DNA of 64,000 nucleotides from an uncultured Planctomycetota bacterium (lineage in GTDB: Bacteria > Planctomycetota > Planctomycetia > Isosphaerales > Isosphaeraceae), in contig CAWJTV010000028.1 in assembly GCA_963845755.1 (NCBI GenBank), positions 352,001 through 416,000 of the forward strand. The letters are read 5' to 3'. Positions 31,818 to 43,369 of the stretch are shown here, one piece after another (the stretch's first letter is position 1; each line of letters starts with the position of its first letter). Position numbers and translations under genes: made by a program. The notes below the pieces were generated by a model that worked only from the letters and a program-made list of their open reading frames with translations, was not told the DNA's origin and made no database searches.

Positions 31818-33838
31818 TTAGCCTTCATAGGGCGCTCGGGCGATGCCGAGCTTTTTCATTCGGCTGCGGAGCGTGTTGGGATGGAGGGCGAGGATCTTCG
31901 CCGCGCCGTGGGGGCCGTCAATGATCCAACTCGACTGCTCAAGGGCAGCCAGAATGTGGTTTCGTGTGTTGGCTTCCAGGCTTTCGAGCGGCGTAGTCTG
32001 TCGCACGCCAGGTACAGCCAGACCCTCGTTTTCTGAACCTGGCGGCCTTGGCGGATTAGCGCTCAGAGGGCGATCTGCCGGTGCTGAGGCGAACACTTCT
32101 GGATCGATCTCGAGCGTCGGGCCGTTCGACAGAATGACCGCCCGTTCCAGAACGTTCTCCAGTTCGCGAATGTTTCCCGGCCAGGAATAGCGGCTTAGTC
32201 GCTCCAGGGTCGCCTTTCCGACCGACTCGATCCGCACGCCGACGCGGGCCGCGAACCGGGTCACCAGGAAATGCACCAACAGCCGCACGTCCCCCTCCCG
32301 GTCGCGCAGCGAAGGAAGCGCGATCGGAAAGACGTTCAGGCGGTAAAACAAGTCCTCGCGGAACTTCCCCTCGCGGATTAACTTCACGAGGTCCCGGTTT
32401 GTTGCCGCAATGACGCGGACATCGACCTTGATCGGCTCGGCTCCTCCAACACGCTCGAACTCTCGTTCCTGAAGCACGCGGAGAAGTTTGACCTGAACCT
32501 CGATCGGAACTTCGCCGATCTCATCCAGGAAAATCGTCCCCCCGTGGGCCAATTCGAAAGCGCCCCACGCGGCGGCTGATCGCTCCCGAAAACGCACCTT
32601 TTTCGTGGCCGAACAATTCGGACTCGACCAAGCCGCTGGGCAGAGCCGCACAGTTCAGCTTGATGAGCGGTTTATCGTGCCTGCGACTGGCGGAGTGGAT
32701 GGCGCGGGCGATCAGTTCCTTGCCGGTTCCCGTCTCCCCGGTGATGAGAACAGACGCGTCGGTTTTGGCGACACGATTGACCTTGTCGAGCGCCTCCAGC
32801 AGGGCCGGGCTTTGGCCGACGATCTCGTCGAAGTTGTGAACGGATTTGATTTCTTCCTGAAGGTAGACGTTTTCGGCAGCGAGGCGGGCCTTTTCCTGTT
32901 CCATCAAGACAAGGTCGGTGATGTCCACGAACATCGAGCGTGTGTATTTGCCGCCGGGTTCCGGCTTCGACCACCACTGCACCCAGACGGGTTTGCCGTT
33001 GTCTTTGCGGCGATACTCCAACACGGCGCCACGAGTGTCCGTGCCGCGGCCGACCGACGCGAACGCCTCTTGGACGCGGCGCTGGGCGTCGGGCGTGTCA
33101 GAGACGAGCGATATCCCCACCAGGCCGGGCACCTCTTCCGGCTTGATCCCCAGAATGCGCTGTGCGGCACGGTTGGCGCTGATAAACCGCGATTGGAGGT
33201 CTTCTTTGACGTAAGCGATCGGGGCTTCTTCATACAAGTCCCGCAGACGCTCCTCGCTGGCGCGAAGCTCCCACTCCAGGTGAAGGCGTGCCAGCTCCGC
33301 AGCCGCGCCGCCGCGAAGATGCGAAAAATGAGCAGCTTGCGCGGCTCCTCCGGCATCGAACGGTCGTCGAAGACGGCGAGATGGCCGAGAACCTTGCCTT
33401 CCGGATCGCACAGCGGCACTCCCAGGTAACTTTCGATTCCCCACTCGACCAGGAGTCTGTCTTCTGGAAAATTTTGCCGTACCCCCGAGGGATGGTGGCA
33501 CAGTTTGCCGTGGACCACGTCTTCACAGGGCGTGCCCGCGAGCGTCCACTCGATATTCTCAGCAATACCGTCTCTGGACCAAAAGGCGATGGTGCGGGCC
33601 CGGGTACGGGTTTCGGGCGAGGTGAACTCGGCGACGAAGGCGTAGTGCGCACCGACTGCCTGTGCCAGGTGACGGACGAGGGTTTGAAGAAACTCCCGCC
33701 GGTGCAATGAGCGGTCCCCTCGACGATCACACGGAGTGCGGCGAGTTCTTCAACGACCCCGCGGAGCAAGTCGTCGGAGTCGTTAGGGGTAGTTCGCTTC
33801 TCTGCCGCTTTTGTCGAAGTTGTGCGCGTCTCGGCCAT
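31818..33838 (-). CDS. Sigma-54-dependent activator, FhlA-like (GAF-PAS-AAA+-HTH); frameshifts near 33710, 33305, 32563
   Basis: [78 protein letters not shown]. Confidence 0.9.
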
Positions 33839-34029
33839 AGACACCTGCCTGACGACGAAGGCCCCAGTCAGTCATCCCCCCGAATGATCGAATCGGCGCA
33901 CGGTTTCGCGGGACGGTCGGCTGGTCATCATTTTACCTATTGTCAGCAAGAAACCGTAGCCGTCGCGCGCGACATTCCCGCCCTTTGTTCGCTGACAAGG
34001 TTACCGGTCGCCGAACGCGCGTGTTGATC

Positions 34030-34064
34030 CCACGAAATGCCGTACGCTTCCACGAAATATCGCG
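34030..34064. promoter_or_regulatory. Second pair of CCACGAAAT boxes (candidate enhancer)
   Basis: ccacgaaatgccgt at 34030 and ccacgaaatatcgcg at 34050, 20-bp period. Confidence 0.55.
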
Positions 34065-34175
34065 ACGGTGGAGGTCCGGGTAGTACAGGACCAGCTCATA
34101 CTTTCCGCCGTGGATCTGACCAAAACTTGCTGTACGCAACAAGTTACGACCGCGCTCGGGTAACGCTCCAGGAGA

Positions 34176-34191
34176 TGGCATAGCGTTCGCG
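34176..34191 (+). promoter_or_regulatory. Sigma-54 -24/-12 promoter candidate with no downstream gene
   Basis: TGGCATAGCGTTCGCG: GG 34177-78, GC 34189-90; 147 bp from first box, identical to the 31.2-kb module. Confidence 0.55.
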
Positions 34192-34234
34192 TTGTACGCG
34201 TTCACACCTCGGTCAACAATTGTCCGAGATTATC

Positions 34235-34538
34235 ACTCGTTCCCACGCTCGGCGTGGGAATGCCGTCTGCGACGCTCCGCGTCGTCTTCGTCTTGGATTT
34301 CCAGCGACCCGTCGGTTGTCACCGAAACCCAGGACTCCGTCTCGGCAGGGTTGCGGGCGTCGGAGGATCTCCCAGGCGTCGGATCGAAGGGGAGCCCCGC
34401 TCCACCGGCTTCTCGGAGATGTCGCTCAACTTCTGGCTCATCATCGCGTCGGTCCCAAGGATTCTCGGAGGCCTGACTTCGAAGAGGACGACGCCGAGCG
34501 TCGCAGACGGCATTCCCACGCCGAGCGTGGGAACGAGT
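34235..34538. repeat. REP/REPIN- or MITE-like element with ~55-bp terminal inverted repeats
   Basis: actcgttcccacgctcggcgtgggaatgccgtctgcgacgctc.gcgtcgtc at left and its reverse complement at right; each arm holds an internal ttcccacg...cgtgggaa hairpin. Confidence 0.8.
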
Positions 34539-34679
34539 CATCGCGTTCCGACGGGGTAATCGGCGGTTTCGATGCCGAATGTCACATAGGTTGGCATTGA
34601 TATTTCCTGATGCCTGAGAACCAGGCATCTTACAACTGTCGATCAGGGTGTGAACGGGTACGAAAATTTTGGTGTGCGA

Positions 34680-34896
34680 TCAACTTGATGGCTGACCGAT
34701 CGGCCCGAGTCGTCTCGATCAAAGCTGCCGATGTGCTGGGCGTCAACTCCTGGCTCCCGCGATAGACAGCCTGGATTGCATTGCGCCCGATCGGCAGTCT
34801 CTCAGTGATGAACTCGGCCTTCCCTCGGCGAAGGGGCACGATTCCCAGAATGGTCGCGCCCTCCTCGAATGTGACAGATCCCGTGGGAGTCCCCCG
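34680..34896 (-). pseudogene. Duplicated remnant of the Ig-like C-terminal domain of the 25405-27198 gene
   Basis: 217-bp ungapped near-copy of 25449-25665 ([13 protein letters not shown]...[19 protein letters not shown]). Confidence 0.8.
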
Positions 34897-35212
34897 GACA
34901 GCGCGATAATCGCGGTCGAACACCATGGATTGATGGAAGCATGATGGGCCGAGACTCCACAACGAGAATTCCGAGTTTGCATGATCGGAGCCGGCATTGG
35001 CTGGAACTTGCCGATCTGTGCATAATCTGGATCTAGAGTCTATGCCCTTCGTCTCTCCTCATCATGGGTGCATCCTAAAATTCCTCGATCCAAGCTTCAA
35101 GTTGCCCTGTCACGATGATTCCGGAGTTCGAAATCTTGAAGCCCGAATCTCGAATCCCAGCGTAATTACGTCGAAGCTGTCCCATTGAAGGGTTTTGCAG
35201 CGAGCTTCGCCG

Positions 35213-36451
35213 TCAATTCCGGGACGGCGATCCGAACCCACGCGCCGGCGTGCGTTTCGATTCCGCCGGTTCGGGTACCCAATCGCTCTCCAGCCGGTCG
35301 GATCGACGCAGGGCGATGCGATAGCCCCCACCGACCACGAGCGCGGCGCCGAGAAGCGTCGGGAGGGCGGAATCGCGATCGTCTGAAGGTCTGTGGAGCT
35401 GCGAGGAATCGAGGTCATCGAGCGCCACATCGATCAACTCCATGTCGGCAGCGATGGGGAGCGGACCGAGTTCCGGCGCGGAAGGAGTCCGGAAGACACC
35501 CGGGCCGCTCGTGGACCCACCCGAGGAGTCAGTCGGTTTCCGACTGCCCGGCGAGGATGCCGGGCCTTGCCCTTGCTGCGAGGATGCGGGATTCTGAGGC
35601 GAGGATTGCCCATAGGGCTTCTGTCCGGCCGCCCCACCGATCGACTGTCCGGCCGCCCCGCCGATCTCTTGAGCGGTCGGACCATTCGGCTGCTGTCCGG
35701 CTGCGCCAGCCGGCGGAGTCTGAGCGCCGGACTGGGTCTGCGCCGGCTGTCCGGTCGGCGGCTGTTCGGTTGCAGGCGGTTGAGTCGGCTCGACCTGATC
35801 GATGGTTTTCGGAGGCTCAGGACCAACCGGGCTGACGGGCTGGTCAAGCGAACTGGGACTCGGATTGGCACTGCCTTGCCCAAATTGGTTCACCACCAAC
35901 GGCACTTCCTGGAAGGTTGGGACCTGGACCATGCTATTCGAGACCGGGGGCGCGATCATCGTGGACAGTTGAAAGTGGTTCGTTGTCAGCGGAGGAGGCG
36001 TGATCCAAACCGTTCCGGTGAGCAACGTCCCGTTGTTCAGAGGCGTCTCGGTTGCGGAAAGCAAGGGCGGGATTAACGGCGTGATCGGCAAGGACAACAG
36101 GCCCGATGATACCGTCAACGGGCCCGCCGAGGTGACCACGTTGGCGGAACCGATGCTCAGGTTGTCAAGCAGACCGGTGACCGGAAGTGCGGATTGAAGG
36201 AACTGGACCCCGCCTGTACCGGTCGTTTGAACGCTCACACCCGAGCCCAAACTTTCGAACATCCCCGCCGCATTCCCGGGTTGCCTACTCGCGCCAATGG
36301 CGACCGGCTCCGAGGCCGGTTCGGGGACGATGGGCGGCCCGGCCGACAAAAGGTGGTGCGCCTCCAGCTCCTCATGGATCAAGGGAAAACGGCTGGAACG
36401 CCGTGATTCCATGCGCTCGCTCGCCGGACGAATCAAGTCCAAGCTCCTCAT
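35213..36451 (-). CDS. Pro/Gln/Gly-rich surface protein with degenerate LExRxLLS motif and C-terminal hydrophobic anchor
   Basis: SD gaggtg; EELEAHHLLSA; low-complexity body; LPTLLGAALVVGGGYRIALRRS. Confidence 0.65.
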   Translation of the reverse strand: MRSLDLIRPASERMESRRSSRFPLIHEELEAHHLLSAGPPIVPEPASEPVAIGASRQPGNAAGMFESLGSGVSVQTTGTGGVQFLQSALPVTGLLDNLSIGSANVVTSAGPLTVSSGLLSLPITPLIPPLLSATETPLNNGTLLTGTVWITPPPLTTNHFQLSTMIAPPVSNSMVQVPTFQEVPLVVNQFGQGSANPSPSSLDQPVSPVGPEPPKTIDQVEPTQPPATEQPPTGQPAQTQSGAQTPPAGAAGQQPNGPTAQEIGGAAGQSIGGAAGQKPYGQSSPQNPASSQQGQGPASSPGSRKPTDSSGGSTSGPGVFRTPSAPELGPLPIAADMELIDVALDDLDSSQLHRPSDDRDSALPTLLGAALVVGGGYRIALRRSDRLESDWVPEPAESKRTPARGFGSPSRN

Positions 36452-37152
36452 GACTCACCTCATTGATGTTGCGCATGCCATGGGTCAAGTGATCGCACGA
36501 CCGGCCGAGGTCCGGTCGCGTTTCGATCGCGGGATTGCCGTCCCACCTATCGGCGGGATCGGCCGGCCGAACCCGCGACTCCGACCATTCACCCTCGGTC
36601 CCAGTCGAACCTGACATGACGACTATTTTACATCCTTGAACATGATAATCTGGCTCGAACGAGAATCGGACTGGCGGCCAGTCATCAAATCAAAGGGACC
36701 TCTTGGGGGTACTCCTCACCAAGCTTCAGCGGGCACCCAGGCGGGTGGAGACCGTGGATGATCCCACCATTCGCACTGCTGGTAATCTTGCGTCCGTGAG
36801 TCCATTATTCGATCGATCCATCAGCAAGTCTACGTAACTTTACGAGCATTCCTCATGCCAGAACCAACCAGACGTCCGTGAGGTTGGTTATGGCGGAGAG
36901 TCCGCGTCGGCGGGAATCCGGTTCGCGTCCGGATCGATCCTCTCGAAGCGGGAGCCGAACACTCGATCAACGACTGGGTTATGGAGCTTTTTTCATCCCG
37001 GCGATCAGAATGGTTGGGCAGGAAATCGGCAATTCCCAAGAGGCTCCGTGGTGACTCCGGCATTTTTCGGGAACGCCGCGGGATTGGTCCGGGCTTCTGG
37101 CTGCATTTTACTGTAAGACGTCTGGCACGTGCTGGAGTGAGAGGACAACCGG

Positions 37153-38523
37153 ATGAGGGGGCTGAAACGAGTTCAGGGCACGCCAAATCTCGAGCTTCTC
37201 CTTCGAGATGGCGTGGCGACCGGCCTGACCGACCAGGAGTTGCTGGAGCGGTTCGCGGAAAACCGCGACTCGTCCGGGGAACTTGCCTTCACAACCCTGG
37301 TCGCGCGGCACGGACCCATGGTCCTGAGCGTTTGCCGGCGGATCCTTCCGAATCCGGCTGACGTTGACGACGCCTTCCAGGCCACGTTCCTGGTTCTCGT
37401 CCGCCGCGCCGGTTCGGTTCGCTTCAGAACCTCTTTAGGACCATGGCTTTACGGCGTGAGCATTCGCGTGGCGCGGCGGATCCGGGACGTGGGACTGCGA
37501 CGATCTGGTGCCGGAACGGATGGCGAGACCCTGGAAGCGATTCCCGATCCCAGGGCCGGCATTCTTTCGAACGTTGACCTACGACTTGCCATCGACGAGG
37601 GACTGGACCATCTCCCGGATGGATATCGATCGGCGGTCGTGCTGTGCCATCTCGAGGGGTTGACCCACGAGGAGGCCGCGGACCGGCTCGAGTGTCCCGT
37701 GGGCACGGTCCGTAGCCGGTTGGCCCGGGGCCGAGCCTTGCTCCGAGGCCACCTCGAGCGGCTGGGACTCGGTCCTCCCACCGGAATCTCCAAACCCGTC
37801 CCGCGAGCCAATCGCGATGGCGCGCTGCCCATCGTCGCGGCTCACTTGATCGAGACCACGGCCCAGGCCGCGGCGCGACTCGCGGCGGGCCAGCCGCTGG
37901 CCGAGACGCTCTCGACCCGGCTCGCTGGGATAGTCGCAGGAGTTACCCGATCCATGATGATTTCCAAGATCACGCTTAGCCTATCGTTGTTCGCCGTGAC
38001 GATCCTGGCCGCCTGGGGCGTCTCCGTCGGGCTGGCCGCCCCTCAAACGCCCGCACCGGGAACATTCGTCGAACCCGCCCCATCGACAGGGTCGCTCTTG
38101 CTCGCCGCGGCACAGGACCCATCCGACCGGGCCAAGAAAGCAAGCCGTCCGGCTCCAGAGGACAAGGCCAAGGTCGATCCGGCGTGACTCGCCGAGATCC
38201 CCGCCGTCGTCGTTCGCGTCGAACCGCCACTCGGCGCCACCGGCGTCGATCCGGAACTCCGCGAGATCCGCGTCACGTTCAGCAAACGGATGAAAGACGG
38301 GAACTGGTCCTGGGTCACTTACGATCCGGACAGGTTCCCCAAGGTCGAAGGTAAGATTCATTACGATAAAGATCGTCTCACCTGCGTTTTGCCGGTGAAA
38401 CTCGAGCCTGGCAAGACCTATTTGATCGGAATCAATGCGGAGCGGTTCCGCAATTTCAAAGACCTGAACGGCCAACCGGCACTGCCGTACATCGTAGCCT
38501 TTCGCACTCGCGCAGCCCGTTGA
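37153..38523 (+). CDS. ECF sigma factor with C-terminal TM and Ig-like (Big_5-like) extension; in-frame TGA at 38185-38187
   Basis: LTDQELLERF, RHGPMVLSVCRRIL...DDAFQATFLVL, LEGLTHEEAA.RL.CPVGTVRSRLARGR; same frame continues after TGA as VVVRVEPPLGATGVDP...VTFSKRM...VKLEPGKTY. Confidence 0.85.
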
Positions 38524-38957
38524 GTTGATCGACCACTTCAATCGCCATATCATGCGTGGGGCTCGGTGGCGAACCGTTCACGCAGTCGCTTGGAGCACCC
38601 ACCTGGCCAGGGAGGGCCGTCCGCTGCGTGATTCTCCACTCTGGTCCAAGACTCCACATTCCTGTCGGGCATTCGCGTCCGGAATCAAATCGTTTCGACA
38701 GGTCACGCGATTTGATCGCGTCGTCCTCTACTCCGACGGCTCTCGGCTCCGGCATCCTACAGTTTTCGACGAACGCGAGTGACATCGGAATCCTGATCAC
38801 CCGCGTCCGCCTCCTTCCCGTCCCTCGCCAGGCCGACGGCCCCGCGCAATCCACAGCCCTATTTTTCTTGAAAAAAATTTTATCTCCAACTCCTGTTGAG
38901 GGTTCGGGAACGAAAAATCGTAATTATGGGCATAGGTGCATTAACGGTTTTCTAAAG

Positions 38958-38988
38958 TTGCGGCATCCTCTATAGTAGAGGGCCGCAA
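38958..38988. terminator. Hairpin in AT-rich spacer between convergent genes, possible terminator
   Basis: ttgcggc(at)cctcta-tag-tagagg-gccgcaa with A/T runs nearby. Confidence 0.35.
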
Positions 38989-39241
38989 AATCACTTCCCC
39001 GCAGCCTCCGAGCCACCATCAAGCGATGTCAGAGGATACCGGAACCCGTCACCGTGGGCCGATGGCTGGCCGCACGTCACGTGCGTACCGACTTGGCAGG
39101 CGGTCGTCCCGAACTCGCTTCCGGCCAACGAGATCGGGGATGGGGACCTTCCCCATTTGTTACTTAGTGGGCCACTTTGTGCCACGATTCGCGCCGCAGG
39201 CCGGCAGTCCCACCACCCGGACGTCGTGGGGATCGCCGATC

Positions 39242-42200
39242 TCAACGTGCCGCGCTGTTGGCCCCGCCGCTCAGCCGCGCTCCGTTGATCCAGTCAAGCA
39301 GCGTCTGATACTCGCGAGAATTCGGCTCGAAACGAACGCCGCCGGCATGGGCTTTCTTGGTGGGGTCATTCTGGGCCTCGGCCTCTTCGGCGGCTTCCCA
39401 GGTTGGCTTGCCGAGGATGAGGCTGTCCGACGGTCGTGCGAGGTTCACAACATGCAGGGCCGCCCGATAATTGGCCCGGACGGCTTCCGGCGCCCGAGCG
39501 CCGTCCTTGCTCGGCTGGACCATCTTCAAGATGGTGTGCGAGCGATGGCAGCCCATGCAGTTCTGGCCGTCCTCGCCCATCCGGTTGAAGATCGGCAGGA
39601 CCTTGGCCTGGAAGAAGGCGAGGTCCAGTCGGTCCGCGGTGCCGTCGCCCGCACTGGAACGACCACGAGAGGTGAGCAACGCCCGAGCGATCTCCCGATG
39701 CCGCTGACCGGCGGTCTCGGCGCGAGCCAGCTCGCGCAGCGTATTCTCGATCGCCGCGTTCGCCAGCAACGCCGGGTTCTTCTGGATGAGCTGGAGTGCT
39801 TTCTCCCGGACTCCGCCGTGCTCGGCCACCAGGGCATCGCTCACGACGCCGAGCAACCGCAAGTCGCCGCGGAGTTTGGCCTCGGTTCCGATCCGATCCA
39901 GGAGGGCGATGCGCGCCGGCGGTTCGTTGTCGTCGAGGGCCCGGCGCAACGCGGATTCGGCGACTTTCGACCTCGGCTCCAGTGCCAGTCGGATCGAAGC
40001 GACCCGGACCTGGGCATCCCTGTCGCGCAGGCCGCGCTCGATCGACTCGCGGACCGGTCGTTCAGTCCAGAGGACCGGGAACGCCCGCAGTGCGGTCAGG
40101 GCTGCGGCGCGGACGGTCGCCGCCTCGCTCCCGAGATGAGAACGAACTTTCGTCGCGGGGTCGGTCTCAGAGGCAACCTCGGCGACCGGTCCGATCTGGC
40201 CGAGGATACCCAGGGCCGCAGCTCGCGGGTCGGCACCCGGTTGCGCCAGCAAGTCGTTGACCAGGGTGAGCGTCGCGGTATCGAGCTCGCCCGCGGCGAC
40301 TTTCAGAGGAAACTCTCGGCTCATGGTCGTTCCCCAGGCGCGGACCTCGGCGTCCGTATCGCCCAGACGACGCAGGATCGAACGGGCCAGGTTAGCCGAG
40401 CGGTCGCCTCGAATCGTCACCAGGGACTGAATGCCAGACGCCGGATCGTCGGGTCGGGATCGGACATCGCGGCGGTCAAAGATTCTTCGATCGCGGTAAG
40501 CGTGTCGCCGTGGAAGACCATCGGCTCGAGGTCGTTGCCAATCCGCCCTCCCAGCACCGGCCGTTCGAAGAATTCCGACATCGCGCGAAGCACGCCCTCG
40601 CGCTGGAGCCGGTTGCCATGCTCGAGTACTCTCACGTACTTGGATCCCAATCGATTGACCGTCGCGTGCTGGGACTCGGTCGCTCGGCGCCGATCTTCCT
40701 GGCGGGAAAGCGACGGGATCCAGTTGTTGTCGAGGTAGCGGATGTTCTCGTCACCGATGATATAGAGGGCCTCGATCAGGTTGCGCCGGACCCACGGATG
40801 GCGTGGTTCGGTCAGAGCGTCGATGAGGCGGTCCTCGATCCGGTTCCGCAGGCTGAGATCGCCCCTCCAGTACCAATACCGCCACAACCCCTTGATGGCC
40901 TGCATGGCGACAACCGAATCGGAGTCGTCCAGTCGTCCGAGCAAGGCTTCGGCCAGGTCCGGCTCCTGCGAGAGGTCGCGGAAATGGGCGGCGAACACCC
41001 GCGTCGCGCCGCGACGAGTCCGGTCGTCCGACGAGCCCAGCGCCGCGCGGACCGATTCGACCAGGAGCCGCTGAGCCTCGGTCTGGCCCGGCCGGACGGA
41101 GGCGTTCACCCGGTTTCCGATCATCCGCACGGCCTCGGCGGCGGCCCTGCGCACCACCTTGCTCTCGTCGCCAAGGCATTTCGTCAATCCGTTCATCGCC
41201 GACTCATCTCCGATCCGGCCCAGGGTGCGGCAGGCGGCGTAGCGTACGATCGGCGCCTCATGCGCAAGTTGGGTGACAATTTCCTGTCGGAGGGGAGCGC
41301 TGGGGACGTCCCAGATACGCTCCAGGTCGCGGATCAACGTGGCCGGCGAGCCCACGCGGAGCGTTCCAGGCTGAGGGCCGAGGGGACCATTCCAACCGTT
41401 CGGACGAGCTTGGGGACTGGGGAAAAGCGCCGACAAAGCCATCAGAGCCCACTGGGTCTCCCGGAACGGCGTGCGGAACTGCTCATACGGGTTGATGTCG
41501 AACCAGCCGCCGAAAGCCTGCTGGCGGGTCAGCAGGGCCACGATCCCCCGCCGCATGGCGGGATCATCCGGCTTTCGGCCGGCGAGAACCAGGGCATAGA
41601 GGCTCTCGCCGGTCTGCATCTCGGTCAATGGGTAATTGAGGTCAAATCTGACCGACCAGTGACCGTTGGGTGCGCTGGAGCGAAAGCAGCCATCCGACGT
41701 TCGATGCGATCGGCCCGGCGAGTTTCTCCTGTCTCGCGTCAAGCTGGCAGAGGCCGATCGTCTGCGCCGCCAGATCGCGGGTATTTGCCGGCTTTCCCGT
41801 GGGGAGAAGCCTCGCGACAAGATCGCGAGTCGCAGCAAATCGGGGGTCGCTCGTTCGGTGCGCGATCTCGTCGAGCTGTCGCCAGCTATCCGCGGCAACC
41901 TTATACCGGCTCACCGGGTTGTTGCCATTGGTCTCGTCGGGCGGCAGGGCGGTCCGACCATCATAGTAGAGCTTGAGGAACTCGGCGACGCCGCGATGAA
42001 GGTTGTCGTGGTGGTCGCCGGCGATCCGATCTTCGTAATCCATGACCATGGTCGAGAGCCGGCCCAGGACGTTCGCCGGCGCCGGAATCATCCGCGCCCA
42101 GAGGGCTTCTTCGTGGCCATGGAAGGGAACGGGGTTGTTCGCCAACCGCTCGGTAAGGAACCGGAGCGCAAAGGGCTGCTCGACATCATACCCCGACTTG

Positions 42201-43369
42201 ACGGCGGCCAGGACCGACTGCGTGGTAAAGTGGGTCGCGTGGCAGGCGATGCAAGTGGAGGTCTCGTGGTGGAAGTTGGCCACGCGATCGAGGGGATTTC
42301 CCTTGCGTGGCGTGTTGGCATGCCAGCTATCGCCGGCCAGGAGTTGGAAGTCCATTGCGGTGCGGATCGCCTTCCGCGCAGCCGCCGCAATTGTCTCGGG
42401 CGAGGCCTTAGCGACCTCCTTGGACTCGAGATACGGCGGCAGATCGAACACCTTAGTGCGAAGTTGATACTCCGGTTGGCAGGCATCGACCCGTACGAAA
42501 TAGGTCCCCCGAGCGATCACGCGGGTGGTGAACTTGTTGGCGCCGAGGCGCGGCGGCCGCTCGCGCTGGAGGCTCTGAGGGTCGATCCCCTGGGTGAATT
42601 CAACCAGACGGCCATCCTGCTTCTGGTAGATTCGCACGTCGGGCGGAACATCCCGGTTGACGAAGTCGAGAGCGAAGAAGACGAGTTGCGGATGATCCGA
42701 ATCGTGGGTGAACCTGAACCAGTTGACCCCCGGACCGGCTTCCGGGTCGGCCGGCTGGTCCCCGGTCGGGAGATAAGGCCGGTCATCGGCCAGACCGTAG
42801 ACCGTTCGTCCCAGCGTTAGGGGATTGGCCGACTCGGGCGTGTCGTTCGGTTCGGTTTCGAAAGCGACGCTGTCGTCGTTGACACGCTCTGCTTTGCGGA
42901 CCGTGGACGTTTCCGGCGAAGTACCCAGATCCGCGACCCTTACGGCCACATTCAACGTCGAACCGGCGGTCCTCGATCTCGCAACGGGCGGACTGGTAAC
43001 CGTAACCCGAACGGCTTCGCCTTTCGCCTGCTGGACGATCCAGTCCACGTCCGGATCACCAAGATGTAGGGGCTTCGTCAGGGTCGAGGCGGCATTCCCT
43101 CTCGTGTTCGTCGGCTCGAGGTGCGCGGTGATCGTCAAGCCTGGCTCGATTCGGCCTGGAGCTTGAAATGAGACCAGTACCGATCGCAGTCGGGCTTCGG
43201 CCGGGGCCGGCACTTCCAGGATCAGCGATGCGCCCGGGACCAACGGGCTGACGACACTGGGAAGCTCGGAGACCGGCTCAGCTCCCCGGAGAGTGCACGC
43301 GACCGGAATCCCGGATCCGAAAACCGTGGCCAGGATGGCCGTAAGGTGCGTGGTCCGCCCCAGGCTCAT
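39242..43369 (-). CDS. Large secreted protein (~1375 aa): PPC-like domain, CxxCH, prenyltransferase/squalene-cyclase-like repeats, HEAT repeats, C-terminal planctomycete cytochrome c; frameshifts near 41670 and 40425
   Basis: ETEPNDTPESANPL; CIACH; LLSLQR.NGHW / LLTRQQAFGGW; VR.AA..AL HEAT units; FFQAKVLPIF...CMGCH...SLILGKP...HAGG...LLDWING. Confidence 0.72.

Noticed and set aside
38185..38187. Selenocysteine codon in the ECF sigma factor
   Set aside because: It falls in a linker with no Cys/redox context, and no convincing SECIS hairpin was recognised
41440..42260. Squalene-hopene cyclase call for the large HEAT protein
   Set aside because: QxxxGxW-like repeats are present but no DxDD catalytic motif, and the architecture differs
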